Source: an uncultured delta proteobacterium (GTDB taxonomy: Bacteria; Desulfobacterota; Binatia; UBA9968). Taken from it: 64,000 bases of DNA. The notes under the pieces were generated by a model. That model searched no databases. It was not told the origin of the DNA and worked only from the letters and a program-made list of their open reading frames with translations. Position 1 is the first letter of the stretch. The number at the start of each line of letters is the position of its first letter. Shown piece after piece: positions 40,525 to 52,331 of this stretch. The position numbers and the translations under genes are program-made. The stretch is from contig CAVSHR010000003.1 of NCBI GenBank assembly GCA_963727625.1, forward strand, positions 1-64,000, written 5' to 3'.

Positions 40525-41121
40525 ATGAGCGAAGAAACGAAAAATAGCGCTGAAGAAGCTGCGTCGGAAGAGAATTCTCGTCTTACGGACTCCGAGGTCG
40601 ATGATCTGCGACAACAGTTGGCGGCAAAAGAGCTGGAAGCGAAAACCAATTACGACCGTTTCGTGCGTCAGGCAGCGGAACTGGATAACTTCAAGAAGCG
40701 CGCGAGCCGCGAGCGCGAAGATGCCATCCGTTACGCCAACGAATCCTTAATTAAGGACCTTTTATCAGTCGTTGACAATCTTGAGCGCGCCGTTGCACAT
40801 GCGTCCGGAGACGGGAACGGTAAACCGATCGTCGAAGGTGTGGAAATGGTGCTGAAAGGCCTTTTGGATGTCCTGGCCAAGTACGGCGTCACGCAAATCT
40901 CCGCCGTCGGCCAGCCATTCGATCCGGCCAAGCACGAGGCGATGGCCCAAGTGGAAAGTCAAACGCACCAACCCAACAGCGTCGTCGATGAGCTTCACAA
41001 AGGCTATGCGCTGCGCGACAGGTTGCTCCGGCCAGCCCTGGTGAGCGTAGCTAAGGCTCCAATAACACAAGAGAAAAAAAACGAGGACAGCAAGGTTGAA
41101 AACGACCCGAGCGATGATTAA
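40525..41121 (+). CDS. grpE: Nucleotide exchange factor GrpE
   Basis: 'AELDNFKKR', 'DNLERA', 'FDPAKHEA', 'KGY...DRLLRPALV'. Confidence 0.96.
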   Translation: MSEETKNSAEEAASEENSRLTDSEVDDLRQQLAAKELEAKTNYDRFVRQAAELDNFKKRASREREDAIRYANESLIKDLLSVVDNLERAVAHASGDGNGKPIVEGVEMVLKGLLDVLAKYGVTQISAVGQPFDPAKHEAMAQVESQTHQPNSVVDELHKGYALRDRLLRPALVSVAKAPITQEKKNEDSKVENDPSDD

Positions 41122-41175
41122 ATAATTTCCGTTATCCTGTAGATACGTTGATAAAAGTATTGAGGAGTCATTGAA

Positions 41176-43101
41176 ATGGCAAAAGTTATTGGAATTGATT
41201 TGGGGACGACCAACTCTTGCGTGGCAATCATGGAGAGCGGAGATCCCGTTGTTCTGGCCAATTCCGAGGGTAGCCGCACCACTCCGTCCGTTGTCGCTTT
41301 TACAGAAAGCGGCGAGCGATTGGCCGGACAAATTGCCCGGCGACAAGCGATTACCAATCCAGAGAATACTATTTCCGCTGTAAAGCGCTTGATCGGCAGA
41401 CGCAGTGACGATGCGATGGTACAGAAGGCTTCCAGCCTTCTCCCTTATAAGATCGTTCGCAACGATAACGGCGATGCCTGGGTGGAAATTCGCGGCAAAC
41501 GTTATAGCCCGGCGGAAATTTCTGCTTTTATTCTGCAAAAAATGAAACAGAGCGCGGAAGACTTTCTGGGCGAGAAGGTCTCCGAAGCGGTGATCACTGT
41601 TCCAGCGTATTTTAATGATAGCCAAAGGCAGGCCACCAAGGACGCTGGACGCATCGCCGGTCTAAACGTTTTGCGCATTATCAACGAACCCACTGCAGCC
41701 GCACTGGCCTACGGGCTGGATAAGAAAAAAGACGAGAAGATCGCGGTTTTTGACCTGGGTGGTGGCACCTTCGATATCTCCATTTTGGAGCTCGGCGACG
41801 GCGTCTTCGAAGTCAAAGCGACCAACGGCGATACTTTCCTCGGCGGTGAAGACTTCGATCAGAGAGTCATCGATTACTTGGCCGATGAGTTCAAAAAGGA
41901 CCAGGGCATCGATTTGCGCAAGGATCGCATGGCGCTGCAGCGTCTTAAAGAAGCGGCTGAAAAAGCCAAATGCGAGCTTTCGTCGTCCATCGAGACCGAT
42001 ATCAATCTGCCCTTCATCACCGCGGACCAACAGGGTCCCAAGCACTTGAACATTAAGTTAACCCGGTCGAAATTGGAAGCGCTTTGCGCAGATTTGATTG
42101 ATCGGACGGAGGGCCCGTGCCGCCAAGCGTTGAAAGATGCCGGGCTGAGCGCCGGCGATATTCACGAAGTGATCCTTGTCGGCGGCATGACCCGCATGCC
42201 GGCGGTTCAAGAGCGGGTAAAGAAAATTTTCGGCAAGGAGCCGCACAAAGGCGTGAACCCGGACGAAGTTGTCGCCATCGGCGCGGCGATCCAAGCAGCT
42301 GTGCTCAAGGGCGAGGTTAAGGACGTCTTGCTTTTAGACGTGACGCCGCTTTCACTCGGCATCGAGACCTTGGGCGGTGTATTTACCAAACTGATCGAGC
42401 GCAACACGACGATCCCGACCAAAAAGAGCCAAGTTTTTTCCACCGCGCAAGACAATCAGTCGGCGGTCTCGATTCGGGTCTTTCAGGGTGAGCGGGAGAT
42501 GGCAGCTGACAATAAGTTGCTCGGACAATTTGATCTCGTCGGCATCCCAATGGCCCCGCGCGGCATGCCCCAGATCGAAGTGACGTTCGACATCGACGCC
42601 AACGGCATCGTTCACGTCGCGGCGAAAGATCTTGGCACCGGCAAGGAACAATCAATCAAGATTACAGCATCGAGCGGTCTCAGCGAAGAAGAGATCAAGA
42701 AGATGGTCGGAGACGCCGAGGCCCATGCTGCTGAGGATAAGAAGCGCAAAGACATCGTCGAAGCGCGCAACCAGCTCGATTCTCTGGTTTACTCGACCGA
42801 GAAATCGCTCAAAGAGTATGGCGACGACCTCGAAGCCGGTGTCAAAGAAAACATCGAAGTCGAACTGAAAAAGGCCAAAGAGGTTTTGGAAGGCCAGGAC
42901 GCCGACGCCATGCGCAAGGCGGTGGAACAATTGAGCCAGGCGTCGCACAAGCTCGCGGAGGCGATGTATGCGAAGGCGTCCCAGCAACAAGCCGCGCAGC
43001 AAAAGGATGCCAATAACGATGGCGAGAAGGAAGCGAGTTCCGAGGGCGACAAGAAAAAGGACGATGTGGTTGACGCCGATTTTACGGAGGTCAAAGAATA
43101 G
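41176..43101 (+). CDS. dnaK: Chaperone DnaK
   Basis: 'GIDLGTTNS', 'TVPAYFND', 'DLGGGTFD'. Confidence 0.99.
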   Translation: MAKVIGIDLGTTNSCVAIMESGDPVVLANSEGSRTTPSVVAFTESGERLAGQIARRQAITNPENTISAVKRLIGRRSDDAMVQKASSLLPYKIVRNDNGDAWVEIRGKRYSPAEISAFILQKMKQSAEDFLGEKVSEAVITVPAYFNDSQRQATKDAGRIAGLNVLRIINEPTAAALAYGLDKKKDEKIAVFDLGGGTFDISILELGDGVFEVKATNGDTFLGGEDFDQRVIDYLADEFKKDQGIDLRKDRMALQRLKEAAEKAKCELSSSIETDINLPFITADQQGPKHLNIKLTRSKLEALCADLIDRTEGPCRQALKDAGLSAGDIHEVILVGGMTRMPAVQERVKKIFGKEPHKGVNPDEVVAIGAAIQAAVLKGEVKDVLLLDVTPLSLGIETLGGVFTKLIERNTTIPTKKSQVFSTAQDNQSAVSIRVFQGEREMAADNKLLGQFDLVGIPMAPRGMPQIEVTFDIDANGIVHVAAKDLGTGKEQSIKITASSGLSEEEIKKMVGDAEAHAAEDKKRKDIVEARNQLDSLVYSTEKSLKEYGDDLEAGVKENIEVELKKAKEVLEGQDADAMRKAVEQLSQASHKLAEAMYAKASQQQAAQQKDANNDGEKEASSEGDKKKDDVVDADFTEVKE

Positions 43102-43215
43102 CCGCGGGGCGGTATAAAAATTATCCTCATTCAAAGCCCCTACTCCTGGACGTTGAGGAGAGGGGCTTTCTTGCTCATAGATACAAAAAAAAAGCACGGA
43201 AACAGAGGGTCGGGA

Positions 43216-44322
43216 TTGAGCACCAAGAAAGATTACTACGAACTGCTCGGCGTGGGTCGTAGCGCCGGCGATGAAGAAATCAAAAAAGCGTATCGTAAAC
43301 TTGCGCTGCAATATCACCCGGATCGCAATCCGGGGGACAAACACTCCGAAGAAAAATTTAAAGAAGTGTCCGAGGCCTATTCGGTGCTTTCCGACCCGCA
43401 AAAGCGCGCCCAGTACGATCAGTTCGGTCACGCTGCGTTCGGCGACGGCGGACCTTTCGCCGGGGGTTTCGATTTTTCCGGTGGCTTTGAGGATATCTTC
43501 GGCGACATCTTTGGCGAGTTTTTCGGTGGCGGCACGAGCCGGCGGCGTAGCCGGGGCCAAGACTTACGCTACAACCTGACCTTAAAATTCGAAGAAGCCG
43601 TTTCCGGCGTTGAGAAAAAGATCAAAATTCCGCGTCACGGGCCGTGCGAAACTTGCCGCGGCAATGGCGCCAAGCCGGGCACGGTGCCGCAGACATGCCC
43701 GAGCTGTAAGGGCCGCGGCCAGGTGAATTTCCAACAGGGTTTTTTTAGCGTCTCGCGAACCTGCAGCCAGTGCCAGGGACAGGGAACGATCATCAAAGAG
43801 CCCTGCTCAAATTGCGGCGGGGCGGGACGAGTGCGCGGTATGCACACGCTCAGCGTGAAAATTCCCGCGGGCGTCGACAACGGTTCGCGCTTGAAGCTAC
43901 GCGGCGAAGGCGAGACTGCGCCGGCCGGAGGAATTCCCGGTGACCTTTACGTCGTTACTCAAGTCGAGCCCCACCCGATTTTCGTGCGCGACAATCTCGA
44001 TATCATCTGTGACGTGCCGATCAGCTTCGTGCAGGCCGCCTTGGGCGCAGAAATCGACGCGCCGACGTTGGACGGCAAGGTTAAAATGAAAATTCCCGCC
44101 GGCACGCAGTCGGGCAAGGTCTTTCGCATGAGGGGCAAAGGCATAAAAGATGTTCACGGCCTGCAACAGGGAGATCAACATGTCCGCGTCACGGTAGAAA
44201 CTCCGACCCGCCTGACGGCGAAGCAGAAAGAACTCTTGAAAGAGTTTGCCACTGTCGGCGGCGAAGAAGTGAATCCGCTGTCAAAAGGTTTCTTTGACAA
44301 AATGAAAGAACTGTTTGGTTAA
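43216..44322 (+). CDS. dnaJ: Chaperone DnaJ
   Basis: J domain HPD; four CxxCxGxG; start placed at TTG 43216. Confidence 0.97.
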   Translation: MSTKKDYYELLGVGRSAGDEEIKKAYRKLALQYHPDRNPGDKHSEEKFKEVSEAYSVLSDPQKRAQYDQFGHAAFGDGGPFAGGFDFSGGFEDIFGDIFGEFFGGGTSRRRSRGQDLRYNLTLKFEEAVSGVEKKIKIPRHGPCETCRGNGAKPGTVPQTCPSCKGRGQVNFQQGFFSVSRTCSQCQGQGTIIKEPCSNCGGAGRVRGMHTLSVKIPAGVDNGSRLKLRGEGETAPAGGIPGDLYVVTQVEPHPIFVRDNLDIICDVPISFVQAALGAEIDAPTLDGKVKMKIPAGTQSGKVFRMRGKGIKDVHGLQQGDQHVRVTVETPTRLTAKQKELLKEFATVGGEEVNPLSKGFFDKMKELFG

Positions 44323-44465
44323 GGAACACCGCTGCGAGAAGTCAACACCGCCAACGGCTCGCCCACGTTGTCATTCTTCAATTTTCCTGAAAATCCGATT
44401 TAGGCCAGATTGTTGTTGACCTGGGATACCGCTGTGATTAAGTTGACGGCAGGATTGGAGTCATT

Positions 44466-46964
44466 ATGAGCGAAACCGAATGGAAAGCCGAGAGCCCTGA
44501 GAGCAAAAGTTCTCAAGTGGAAATTCCGGAAGTTCTGCCGCTCCTGCCGATCCGCGACATCGTCATATACCCGTATATGATGCTGCCTCTTTTTGTCGGC
44601 CGCGATGTGTCGATTCGCGCGGTCGAAGAGGCGCTATCGCGCGACCGTTTAATCTTTCTGGTCTCACAAGTAAATTCCGCGGAGGAAAATCCCGCGCCCG
44701 GGGATATTCATCGGGTCGGCACTATCGCTTCGATCATGCGCATGCTGAAGCTGGCCGACGGTCGGGTCAAAATACTCGTCCAAGGTTTATCCAAAGGCGA
44801 AGTCGATACCTACCTGCGCGAGAGGCCCTTCTTCGAAGTGAAGATCCGCAAGGTCATCGAGCCGACGCTAGCGGAGGTGCCCATCGAAGTCGAGGCGCTG
44901 ATGCGCACGGCGAAAGAAAAGATCGAGCAAATTTTAAATCTGAAAAATCTGCCGCCCGAAATCGTCATGGTCACTGACAATATCAGCGACCCCGGTGTTT
45001 TGGCTGATCTAGTCGCCTCTAATCTACGGCTTAAAATCGAAGAGAGCCAGGCGATTCTCGAAGTCTTCGATCCCATCGAGCGTCTGAAGAAAGTCAACGA
45101 ACTGCTCACCCGCGAGCTGGAGTTGTCGGCCATGCAGGCGCGCATCCAGAGTCAGGCCAAGGAGGAAATGAGCAAGACCCAGCGCGATTATTATCTGCGC
45201 GAGCAGTTAAAACAGATTCAGCAAGAGCTGGGCGAAGGTGACGAGCGCGCCGAAGAGATCGGCGAGCTCAAAAAGCAGATTGAAAAGGCCAAGATGCCTC
45301 CAGAAGTGAAGAGCGAAGCCGACAAACAGCTGCGGCGCCTCGAGCAGATGCATCCGGAATCCTCCGAAGCCTCACTGGTGCGCACCTATCTCGACTGGAT
45401 CGTCGACCTGCCTTGGAGCAAACGCACCAAAGACAATTTGAATATTAAAAAGGCCAAACAAGTTCTCGACGAAGATCATTACAATCTGGAGAAAATTAAA
45501 GAGCGGATCCTCGAGTATCTGGCGGTGAACAAATTACGACGCAAGATCAAAGGACCGATTCTCTGTTTTGTCGGCCCGCCGGGCGTCGGCAAAACTTCAC
45601 TGGGGCGATCCATCGCGCGGTCGTTGGGACGAAACTTCATGCGCGTGTCCCTGGGCGGCGTGCGCGACGAGGCGGAGATCCGCGGCCACCGGCGCACCTA
45701 TGTCGGCGCACTGCCGGGGCGGATTATTCAAGGCATCAAGCAAGCCAATTCAAACAATCCGGTTTTCATGCTCGACGAGATCGACAAAGTGGGCGCCGAT
45801 TTTCGCGGCGATCCCTCGGCCGCGCTGCTGGAAGTATTGGATCCGGAGCAGAACCATGCCTTCAGCGATCATTATTTAAATTTGCCTTTCGATCTTTCCA
45901 ACGTGTTGTTCATCTGCACGGCGAATTTACTCGATCCGGTACCGCCCGCCTTGGCCGATCGCATGGAAGTCATTCAACTCTCCGGATACACCAATGAAGA
46001 GAAACTGGCGATCGCTCGGAAATATCTACTGCCGCGGCAGTTGAATGACAACGGCATTTCCACCAAACAGTTGGAGATCTCCGATGACGCGGTACTGCGC
46101 GTGATCGCCGAATACACGAAAGAAGCCGGGCTTAGAAATCTCGAGCGCGAGATTGCTTCGATTTGTCGCAAAGTGGCACGCAAAGTGGCTGAAGGAAAAG
46201 GCGAGCTCACCCGCGTGACCCGGGCCAATGTTCATACCTTTCTCGGCGCGCCGAAGTTTTTGCCGGAAGCCGAACAAGAGGAGCACGAGATCGGCGTGGC
46301 TACCGGTTTGGCGTGGACCAGCGCCGGCGGCGAGATCCTTTACGTTGAAGCCTCGCTGTCGCGCGGGCGCGGCAACCTGACGCTCACCGGCCAACTCGGT
46401 GACGTGATGAAAGAGTCGGCCCAAGCTGCGGTGAGTTACGCGCGGGCGCACGCCAAAACCCTCGGCATCGAAGCGGATTTTTACCAGAAACTCGATATCC
46501 ATATTCACGTTCCCTCCGGCGCGATTCCCAAAGACGGTCCCTCCGCGGGTATCACCATGGCTACTGCGCTGATCTCTGCGCTGACCAAGCGGCCGGTCAG
46601 CCGCGACGTGGCGATGACCGGTGAGATCACGTTGCGCGGTCGAGTGCTGCCTATTGGCGGACTCAAAGAAAAATCTCTCGCGGCCTTTCGCGCTGGAATT
46701 AGAACGATCATTATTCCGGACCGCAACGAAAAGGACCTTGATGAGATTCCCAAACCGTTGCGCCGTAAGCTCAATTGGGTGGTCGCGAAAAATATGTCCG
46801 ACGTGTTGAAGGTCGCACTGATTGAGCGGGGAACAGCGACGAAAACACCGCGCTCCGACCCACGCAGGCGACGGGTTCTCGCTGCGTCGCCTCGGGTCGC
46901 AAGAAAATCTCATCGGCCGCTGCGTAAAAACCATCGGGAACGATCGCTGCCGATTCGCCCTTGA
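44466..46964 (+). CDS. lon: ATP-dependent Lon protease
   Basis: 'GPPGVGKT', 'DEIDK', 'PKDGPSAG', 'GGLKEK'. Confidence 0.98.
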   Translation: MSETEWKAESPESKSSQVEIPEVLPLLPIRDIVIYPYMMLPLFVGRDVSIRAVEEALSRDRLIFLVSQVNSAEENPAPGDIHRVGTIASIMRMLKLADGRVKILVQGLSKGEVDTYLRERPFFEVKIRKVIEPTLAEVPIEVEALMRTAKEKIEQILNLKNLPPEIVMVTDNISDPGVLADLVASNLRLKIEESQAILEVFDPIERLKKVNELLTRELELSAMQARIQSQAKEEMSKTQRDYYLREQLKQIQQELGEGDERAEEIGELKKQIEKAKMPPEVKSEADKQLRRLEQMHPESSEASLVRTYLDWIVDLPWSKRTKDNLNIKKAKQVLDEDHYNLEKIKERILEYLAVNKLRRKIKGPILCFVGPPGVGKTSLGRSIARSLGRNFMRVSLGGVRDEAEIRGHRRTYVGALPGRIIQGIKQANSNNPVFMLDEIDKVGADFRGDPSAALLEVLDPEQNHAFSDHYLNLPFDLSNVLFICTANLLDPVPPALADRMEVIQLSGYTNEEKLAIARKYLLPRQLNDNGISTKQLEISDDAVLRVIAEYTKEAGLRNLEREIASICRKVARKVAEGKGELTRVTRANVHTFLGAPKFLPEAEQEEHEIGVATGLAWTSAGGEILYVEASLSRGRGNLTLTGQLGDVMKESAQAAVSYARAHAKTLGIEADFYQKLDIHIHVPSGAIPKDGPSAGITMATALISALTKRPVSRDVAMTGEITLRGRVLPIGGLKEKSLAAFRAGIRTIIIPDRNEKDLDEIPKPLRRKLNWVVAKNMSDVLKVALIERGTATKTPRSDPRRRRVLAASPRVARKSHRPLRKNHRERSLPIRP

Positions 46965-47055
46965 ACGAGCCACCGAGCCGGCGCAGCAGCGCTTCGAAGT
47001 GTTTGAACGCCGGCCGCAAACTCGAAGTTCCTCGACGTATTTGTACTCTGACTGG

Positions 47056-48042
47056 ATGAAGCTCAGCCGCCTCGGAGAGTTCGGTTTGATCGAAAGAATT
47101 CGCCGCGCCATGCCCGCGGGTCGCGGGGTGCGCATCGGAATTGGTGATGACGCCGCCTGGGTCGGCCATCCGGCCGGCTCATCGCTTGTCACGGCGGATC
47201 TGCTGGTCGAGAAAGTTCATTTCAATCTCAAATGGATCTCGCTCTACGAGCTCGGCTATAAGTCGCTTGCGGTTAACCTGAGCGACATCGCCGCGATGGG
47301 AGGCGTGCCCGCCTACGCGATCCTGTCCCTCGGCATCCCCGGCAATTTTGACAGCAACCAAATCGATGAGTTTTATCGCGGAGTCAAAGCGCTGGCGCGA
47401 AAAAGTCGAGTCGCTATCGTCGGCGGCGATACCAACATCGCCGACTCGCTGATTGTTTCGGTTTGCGTCATCGGCCATCCGCCGCTCCGGCCGATTCGCC
47501 GCAGCGGCGCCAAGGTCGGCGACGATATTTATGTCACCGGCACGTTGGGCGATTCCGCGCTTGGTTTGAAGTTATTGCGACAGGGAAAAGGGCGGCTCAA
47601 AGGGCAAAATTTTGCCAAACTGATCGCGCGCCATCACCGACCGACGCCCAGGCTTAGCGCCGGATCGCTGCTTGCGAAAGAAGGGCTGGCGACGGCGATG
47701 ATCGACGTGAGCGACGGGCTGCTGCAGGACTTGGGTCATATTTGCCGCGCCAGCGATGTCGGGGCGGTGGTATTCAACAACCAATTGCCCCTGTCGCCCG
47801 CCTATCGCGTGCTCGCCGGTAAGGACAGTACAATCCACGCGCTGAGCGGTGGTGAGGACTACGAGCTGCTGTTTTGCGCTCGGCCGAAAAATCGCGACCG
47901 AGTCGAAAAACTTCCGCGGCGGGCACATCTACGGATCACTAGGATTGGAACCTGTGCTGCAGCCAACCGAGGAATTCATGTCGTCGAAAGATCTGGAAAG
48001 CGCCTTTTTATTCGCGCCACAGGCCATGATCATTTCAGATGA
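47056..48042 (+). CDS. thiL: Thiamine-monophosphate kinase
   Basis: 'GEFGLI', 'GIGDDAA', 'NLSDIAAMG', 'DVSDGL', 'GGEDYEL'. Confidence 0.95.
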   Translation: MKLSRLGEFGLIERIRRAMPAGRGVRIGIGDDAAWVGHPAGSSLVTADLLVEKVHFNLKWISLYELGYKSLAVNLSDIAAMGGVPAYAILSLGIPGNFDSNQIDEFYRGVKALARKSRVAIVGGDTNIADSLIVSVCVIGHPPLRPIRRSGAKVGDDIYVTGTLGDSALGLKLLRQGKGRLKGQNFAKLIARHHRPTPRLSAGSLLAKEGLATAMIDVSDGLLQDLGHICRASDVGAVVFNNQLPLSPAYRVLAGKDSTIHALSGGEDYELLFCARPKNRDRVEKLPRRAHLRITRIGTCAAANRGIHVVERSGKRLFIRATGHDHFR

Positions 48043-48122
48043 AAGTAGCGCAAACCCGCGACAATCGGTATATCTATAATGTTTGGCGCTCCACATGGCG
48101 GCCATAAAAAAACCTTTGAATC

Positions 48123-48872
48123 ATGGACTCCGAGCAGCTAGTCAAATTGCTTAACGGGGTGCGCCGAAACCGGCTGAGCGTCCCTCAAGCGTTGGTCCGG
48201 CTGCGCCATATGCCGTTTGAAGACCTCGGCTTTGCCAAAATCGACCATCATCGGGCGCTGCGCCAGGGTTTTCCTGAAGTGATTATGGGCCAGGGAAAAG
48301 AGGCCAAAGATATCGCAGCGATCGTCCGCGCGATGCGTCGGAGTACGGGGAAAATTTTGGTTACGCGCATCGACGCTGAGAAGATGGCGCGCTTGAAGCA
48401 ACTCCGCACCGGCCTTAAGTTTCATACGGAAGCCCGCGCCGCGACTTGGCTCGGGAAACCGCTCAAGATCACCGGCAAAGGAACCATCTTGGTAGTATGC
48501 GCCGGCACCTCCGATATTCCCGTTGCCGAGGAGGCAGTTCTCACTGCAGCCATTACGGGTAACCAAGTGGAGCGGCTTTACGACGTCGGCGTGGCGGGGA
48601 TTCACCGCGTGCTCGACAACCGGCCGCGGCTCGACGCCGCTGCGGTGCTCATCGTCGTCGCGGGGATGGAAGGGGCGTTGCCCAGCGTCGTCGCGGGATT
48701 GGTCGATAAACCGGTAATCGCCGTGCCGACCAGCGTCGGTTACGGGGCGAGCTTTCACGGCCTGGCCGCACTGTTGGGCATGCTCAATTCTTGCGCCGCC
48801 GGCGTGACGGTGGTGAACATCGACAACGGCTTCGGCGCCGGGTTTGCGGCCAGCCTCATAAACCGGGTATAA
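48123..48872 (+). CDS. larB: Nickel-pincer cofactor biosynthesis protein LarB (AIR-carboxylase family)
   Basis: 'D..RALRQGFPEV', 'AGTSD', 'DVGVAGIHR', 'AGMEGALPS', 'NIDNGFGA'. Confidence 0.92.
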   Translation: MDSEQLVKLLNGVRRNRLSVPQALVRLRHMPFEDLGFAKIDHHRALRQGFPEVIMGQGKEAKDIAAIVRAMRRSTGKILVTRIDAEKMARLKQLRTGLKFHTEARAATWLGKPLKITGKGTILVVCAGTSDIPVAEEAVLTAAITGNQVERLYDVGVAGIHRVLDNRPRLDAAAVLIVVAGMEGALPSVVAGLVDKPVIAVPTSVGYGASFHGLAALLGMLNSCAAGVTVVNIDNGFGAGFAASLINRV

Positions 48873-48879
48873 AAGGGGG

Positions 48880-49173
48880 GTGAGGCAGTGTTATCACTGC
48901 GGTAGAGAGGTTTTCGGAACAATCCATACGCAGAAGAACTATAAAGTCGATTTCTATCTACTCCACACCGGTCATACCGAGTGGGAATTTATTGAAAATC
49001 CAAAGCAAAATGCGCCGTCCTTTCGCTATCGCAAGTTGACCCAACCGATAGATATTTTCACATGTGTCCAGTGTTATGCGCGTCCGGCAATCCGGCAACT
49101 CTTGGATGATGATATTTCTGGCCGCCGCGAGCTCGTTGACATGCAGCCCAGGGCGAGCCACGAACAGATTTAA
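48880..49173 (+). CDS. Small hypothetical protein, putative Zn-binding
   Basis: CYHC...CVQC; fills the operon gap with an RBS. Confidence 0.6.
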   Translation: MRQCYHCGREVFGTIHTQKNYKVDFYLLHTGHTEWEFIENPKQNAPSFRYRKLTQPIDIFTCVQCYARPAIRQLLDDDISGRRELVDMQPRASHEQI

Positions 49174-49193
49174 ACCTCGAAGGTCGACGGAAC

Positions 49194-49622
49194 ATGGAGA
49201 ACCAGAAGAAATACCGACTCACCAGACATCAATCTGAACTCGCCGTAAGGGTGACCGGCGATTCCCAAGCGGATCTATTTGCCAATTCGGCTTGGGCGCT
49301 CTTCGACGTCATCATGGCGGATGTGAACAGGGTCGAGACCAAAGAACGAATTCCCCTGGAGGTCGAAGGAACCGATCGTGACGATTTGATGGTCAACTGG
49401 ATGCGCGAGTTGCTTTATCTCTATCAGGGCAGCGGCTATCTGTTGCGAGAATTTCTCATCCGCGAGGTCAAGGATAACTTTGTCAAGGCAGAGGTTGCCG
49501 GCGAAAAACTCGATCCAGACCGCCACGAAATTAAACAGGAGATCGCCGCTGTGGCGTTTCATAAAAGCCGCATGGAAAAAACCGGTAACCAATGGACGGC
49601 GCACTTAATTTTCGAGGTCTGA
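49194..49622 (+). CDS. Archease-family protein
   Basis: 'H.SE....V.G', 'LF.N...ALF', 'LMVNWMRELLY', 'GE..DP.RH....EI.AV.FH', C-terminal 'FEV'. Confidence 0.85.
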   Translation: MENQKKYRLTRHQSELAVRVTGDSQADLFANSAWALFDVIMADVNRVETKERIPLEVEGTDRDDLMVNWMRELLYLYQGSGYLLREFLIREVKDNFVKAEVAGEKLDPDRHEIKQEIAAVAFHKSRMEKTGNQWTAHLIFEV

Positions 49623-49677
49623 CGCGCGTCGTTGCCCTCGTTAACCTAGTCAACAAGGTTTCGAGCGCAGGGAAGAC

Positions 49678-51081
49678 ATGGCGCATCTGAGCGATAACGA
49701 GTACGAAGGCACGGCGCTGATCGCCGATCCGATCCATCGCTACATCCAGTTCACCGTCCCGAAAGAAAAAGGCGAGGTCACCGAGAAAGCCTTGATCGAT
49801 TCTCCCTGGGTGCAGCGTCTGCGCTATATTTATCAGTTGCAGAGCGCGCGCTGGGTCTACCCCTCAGCAGAGCACAGCCGCTTTCAACACTCGCTCGGCG
49901 CCATGCACTTAGCCGGCGAGTTCGCCAAACATCTTTACCCATCGCTGCGCAAAGTCCTCGGCGACGAGTGCCCGTCGGCCCCGTTCATAGAGGAATACAT
50001 GCGGGTCACCGGGCTGTTGCACGACATCGGCCACGGCCCATTCGGCCATTTTTTCGACGATAATTTTTTAATTAATTACGATCTCACCCACGAGGATCTT
50101 GGCCAGATCATCATCCAGAAACATCTGGGCGATATCATCCGCCAACTGCGGCGCAGCCCCAGCGGTCCCTTTGCGCCCGGCGAAGAGCTAAGGCCTGAAG
50201 ACGTTGCCTTCCCGATTAAAAAGAACGGCAAGGAGGACCATCGCAAGGCCAAGTGGGTGCGTTTTCTGCAACCTTTGACCGGCGGGATTTTTACCTTTGA
50301 TAATCTTGACTACGTGTCGCGCGATTCTTATATGTGCGGCGTCCATCCGGGCCCCATCGACCGTGAGCGGCTGATTCACTACACGTTTTTTACGCCCAAA
50401 GGCCTCACCGTCCATAAGGCAGGCAACGGCGCGCTGACGACTTTTCTAAACGCCCGGCTCTATCTCTACACCAACGTCTACTATCACCGCACCACTCGCG
50501 CCATCGACTTGCATTTAAGAGAAATCTTTCCCGAAACCATGAAGGTTCTATTCCCAGGAAATCCCCTCGATCATATGGAGGATTATCTCTATTTGACCGA
50601 TTGGTCATTGCTTGAGGACGTGTCGCGCTGGCGCCGTCGAAAAGGCGAGCTCGAAGCCCTGGCCAAGGAATGGGAATCCGTGCTGCACCGCGAGGTCAAA
50701 TGGAAGATGGCCTACGACCGCACGCTGTCTCTAAACGAGCTGCGTTACGGTGTGGCGCTGATTCAGGACACCGACTGGGAAAAGCGCATCCGCAATGCAC
50801 TCCCGGCGGCGGCGCGCGATTTGACCTTCCGCGTCGACATGGCCACTCAAGACCCGCGTCCGGAAAACCCGTTTGCCATGGGCAAGAAGCAAATCCACAT
50901 TTACGATCCTTCGACCGGCGAGATCACCAAGGAAACTCTCGCCGAGCTCTTTGAGTTTATTCCATCTAAGGTCGTTCAGTTCCGCGTCTTCGCCCTCGAT
51001 CACGAGCATGATCAGTTGCTCGCCGAAGTCGCCGAAAACGCGTTGAAGGGCCAGTCTCCGGCAGTCAAAACCAGTGTCTAG
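49678..51081 (+). CDS. HD-domain phosphohydrolase (SAMHD1/dNTPase-like)
   Basis: 'DPIH', 'QRLR.I.QL', 'HSRFQHSLG', 'LLHDIGHGPFGH', 'D.LDY..RD'. Confidence 0.9.
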   Translation: MAHLSDNEYEGTALIADPIHRYIQFTVPKEKGEVTEKALIDSPWVQRLRYIYQLQSARWVYPSAEHSRFQHSLGAMHLAGEFAKHLYPSLRKVLGDECPSAPFIEEYMRVTGLLHDIGHGPFGHFFDDNFLINYDLTHEDLGQIIIQKHLGDIIRQLRRSPSGPFAPGEELRPEDVAFPIKKNGKEDHRKAKWVRFLQPLTGGIFTFDNLDYVSRDSYMCGVHPGPIDRERLIHYTFFTPKGLTVHKAGNGALTTFLNARLYLYTNVYYHRTTRAIDLHLREIFPETMKVLFPGNPLDHMEDYLYLTDWSLLEDVSRWRRRKGELEALAKEWESVLHREVKWKMAYDRTLSLNELRYGVALIQDTDWEKRIRNALPAAARDLTFRVDMATQDPRPENPFAMGKKQIHIYDPSTGEITKETLAELFEFIPSKVVQFRVFALDHEHDQLLAEVAENALKGQSPAVKTSV

Positions 51082-52273
51082 TCCCGCCCCTTTTAAAATT
51101 CCGATCGTCGACCTGCGCGCGCAATATGCTGCCATTCGCGAGCAGGTGCGCCAGGCCATCGACCAGGTAAGCGAATCGCAACAATTCATCCTCGGCCCGG
51201 CCGTTAAAGATTTCGAAGACCAAATGGCGGCATATCTTGTGTGCGGATCCGCCGTCGGCGTGGCCTCGGGCAGCGACGCGCTCTTGCTGGCGCTGATGGC
51301 GCTCGGGGTCGGGCCCGGCGACAGCGTGATCACGACGCCGTTTACTTTTTTTTCGACGGTCTCCTCCATTACGAGATTGGGTGCAATACCGTTGTTTGTC
51401 GATATCGACGCCGACAACTATCTCCTGAGCGCAAAAGGCGTCGAAGCATTTCTCGACGAACGCGGACAAAAGCAAAACAGCCGCGTGGTGCATGTCAAAA
51501 CCGGCCGGTGCATTCGTGCGATTCTACCGGTGCACCTCTTTGGCCAGTGCAGCGCGATGAATGAGCTGCTCGGGTTGGCCAAGAGATATCATTTGCATAT
51601 CGTCGAAGATGTCGCCCAGGCTTGCGGCGCGAGGATGGAAGTGGGCGGGGAAAATAAATTTGCCGGTGCCATCGGTGATCTTGGCTGCTTTTCTTTTTTC
51701 CCAAGTAAAAATTTGGGCGGTTTCGGCGACGGCGGCATGGTAACAACGAGCGATCCTGAATTCGCCGACAAGGTGAGAATGCTGCGCATGCATGGCGAGC
51801 GCACCAAGTATCACCATGAGGTCACCGGCATCAATTCCCGTCTCGATTCGCTTCAAGCGGCCGTCTTGGCGGTGAAACAGAAATTCCTTGAGACCTGGTG
51901 CGCCGAGCGCATTCGCCGCGCCCGGCGGTATTACGAATGGTTCAGCCAGAGCGGACTGTTGGGTCATGGTGTGCTGACCATTCCGCCGCACAGCCTCGAC
52001 AAATCTCACGTCTTCAACAATTACGTAGTCCGGGTTGAACGCCGTGACGAGCTAAAGCGATTTCTCGCCGATCAAGGCATTCAAAGCGAGATTTATTACC
52101 CCCTGCCGCTGCACTTGCAGAACTGCTTCGCGGATCTCGGTTACCGGCGGGGCGAGTTTCCTCAAGCTGAGCTTGCGGCAAGCCAGGTTTTGGCCTTACC
52201 GCTCTATCCCGAGCTGGCCCCGGCCCAGCAAGAATTGGTCGTCGAAACGATTCGAGCGTTTTATCGTCGCTAA
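51074..52273 (+). CDS. DegT/DnrJ/EryC1 sugar aminotransferase
   Basis: 'SGSDAL', 'VHLFGQ', 'EDVAQ', 'SFFPSKNLG', 'NSRLD'. Confidence 0.93.
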   Translation: MSSPAPFKIPIVDLRAQYAAIREQVRQAIDQVSESQQFILGPAVKDFEDQMAAYLVCGSAVGVASGSDALLLALMALGVGPGDSVITTPFTFFSTVSSITRLGAIPLFVDIDADNYLLSAKGVEAFLDERGQKQNSRVVHVKTGRCIRAILPVHLFGQCSAMNELLGLAKRYHLHIVEDVAQACGARMEVGGENKFAGAIGDLGCFSFFPSKNLGGFGDGGMVTTSDPEFADKVRMLRMHGERTKYHHEVTGINSRLDSLQAAVLAVKQKFLETWCAERIRRARRYYEWFSQSGLLGHGVLTIPPHSLDKSHVFNNYVVRVERRDELKRFLADQGIQSEIYYPLPLHLQNCFADLGYRRGEFPQAELAASQVLALPLYPELAPAQQELVVETIRAFYRR

Positions 52274-52331
52274 CATCGTCTTCCATCTCTGCGCACCCTG
52301 TGATAAAAATTTTTCCACTTTGAAAGAGACT

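Noticed and set aside
40765-43560. Long ORFs antisense to grpE/dnaK/dnaJ
   Set aside because: Well-known antisense open frames caused by codon bias in dnaK-type genes.
46026-47192. 388-aa and other ORFs antisense to lon, ppdK and pil genes
   Set aside because: They overlap well-supported genes on the opposite strand; GC-rich shadow ORFs.
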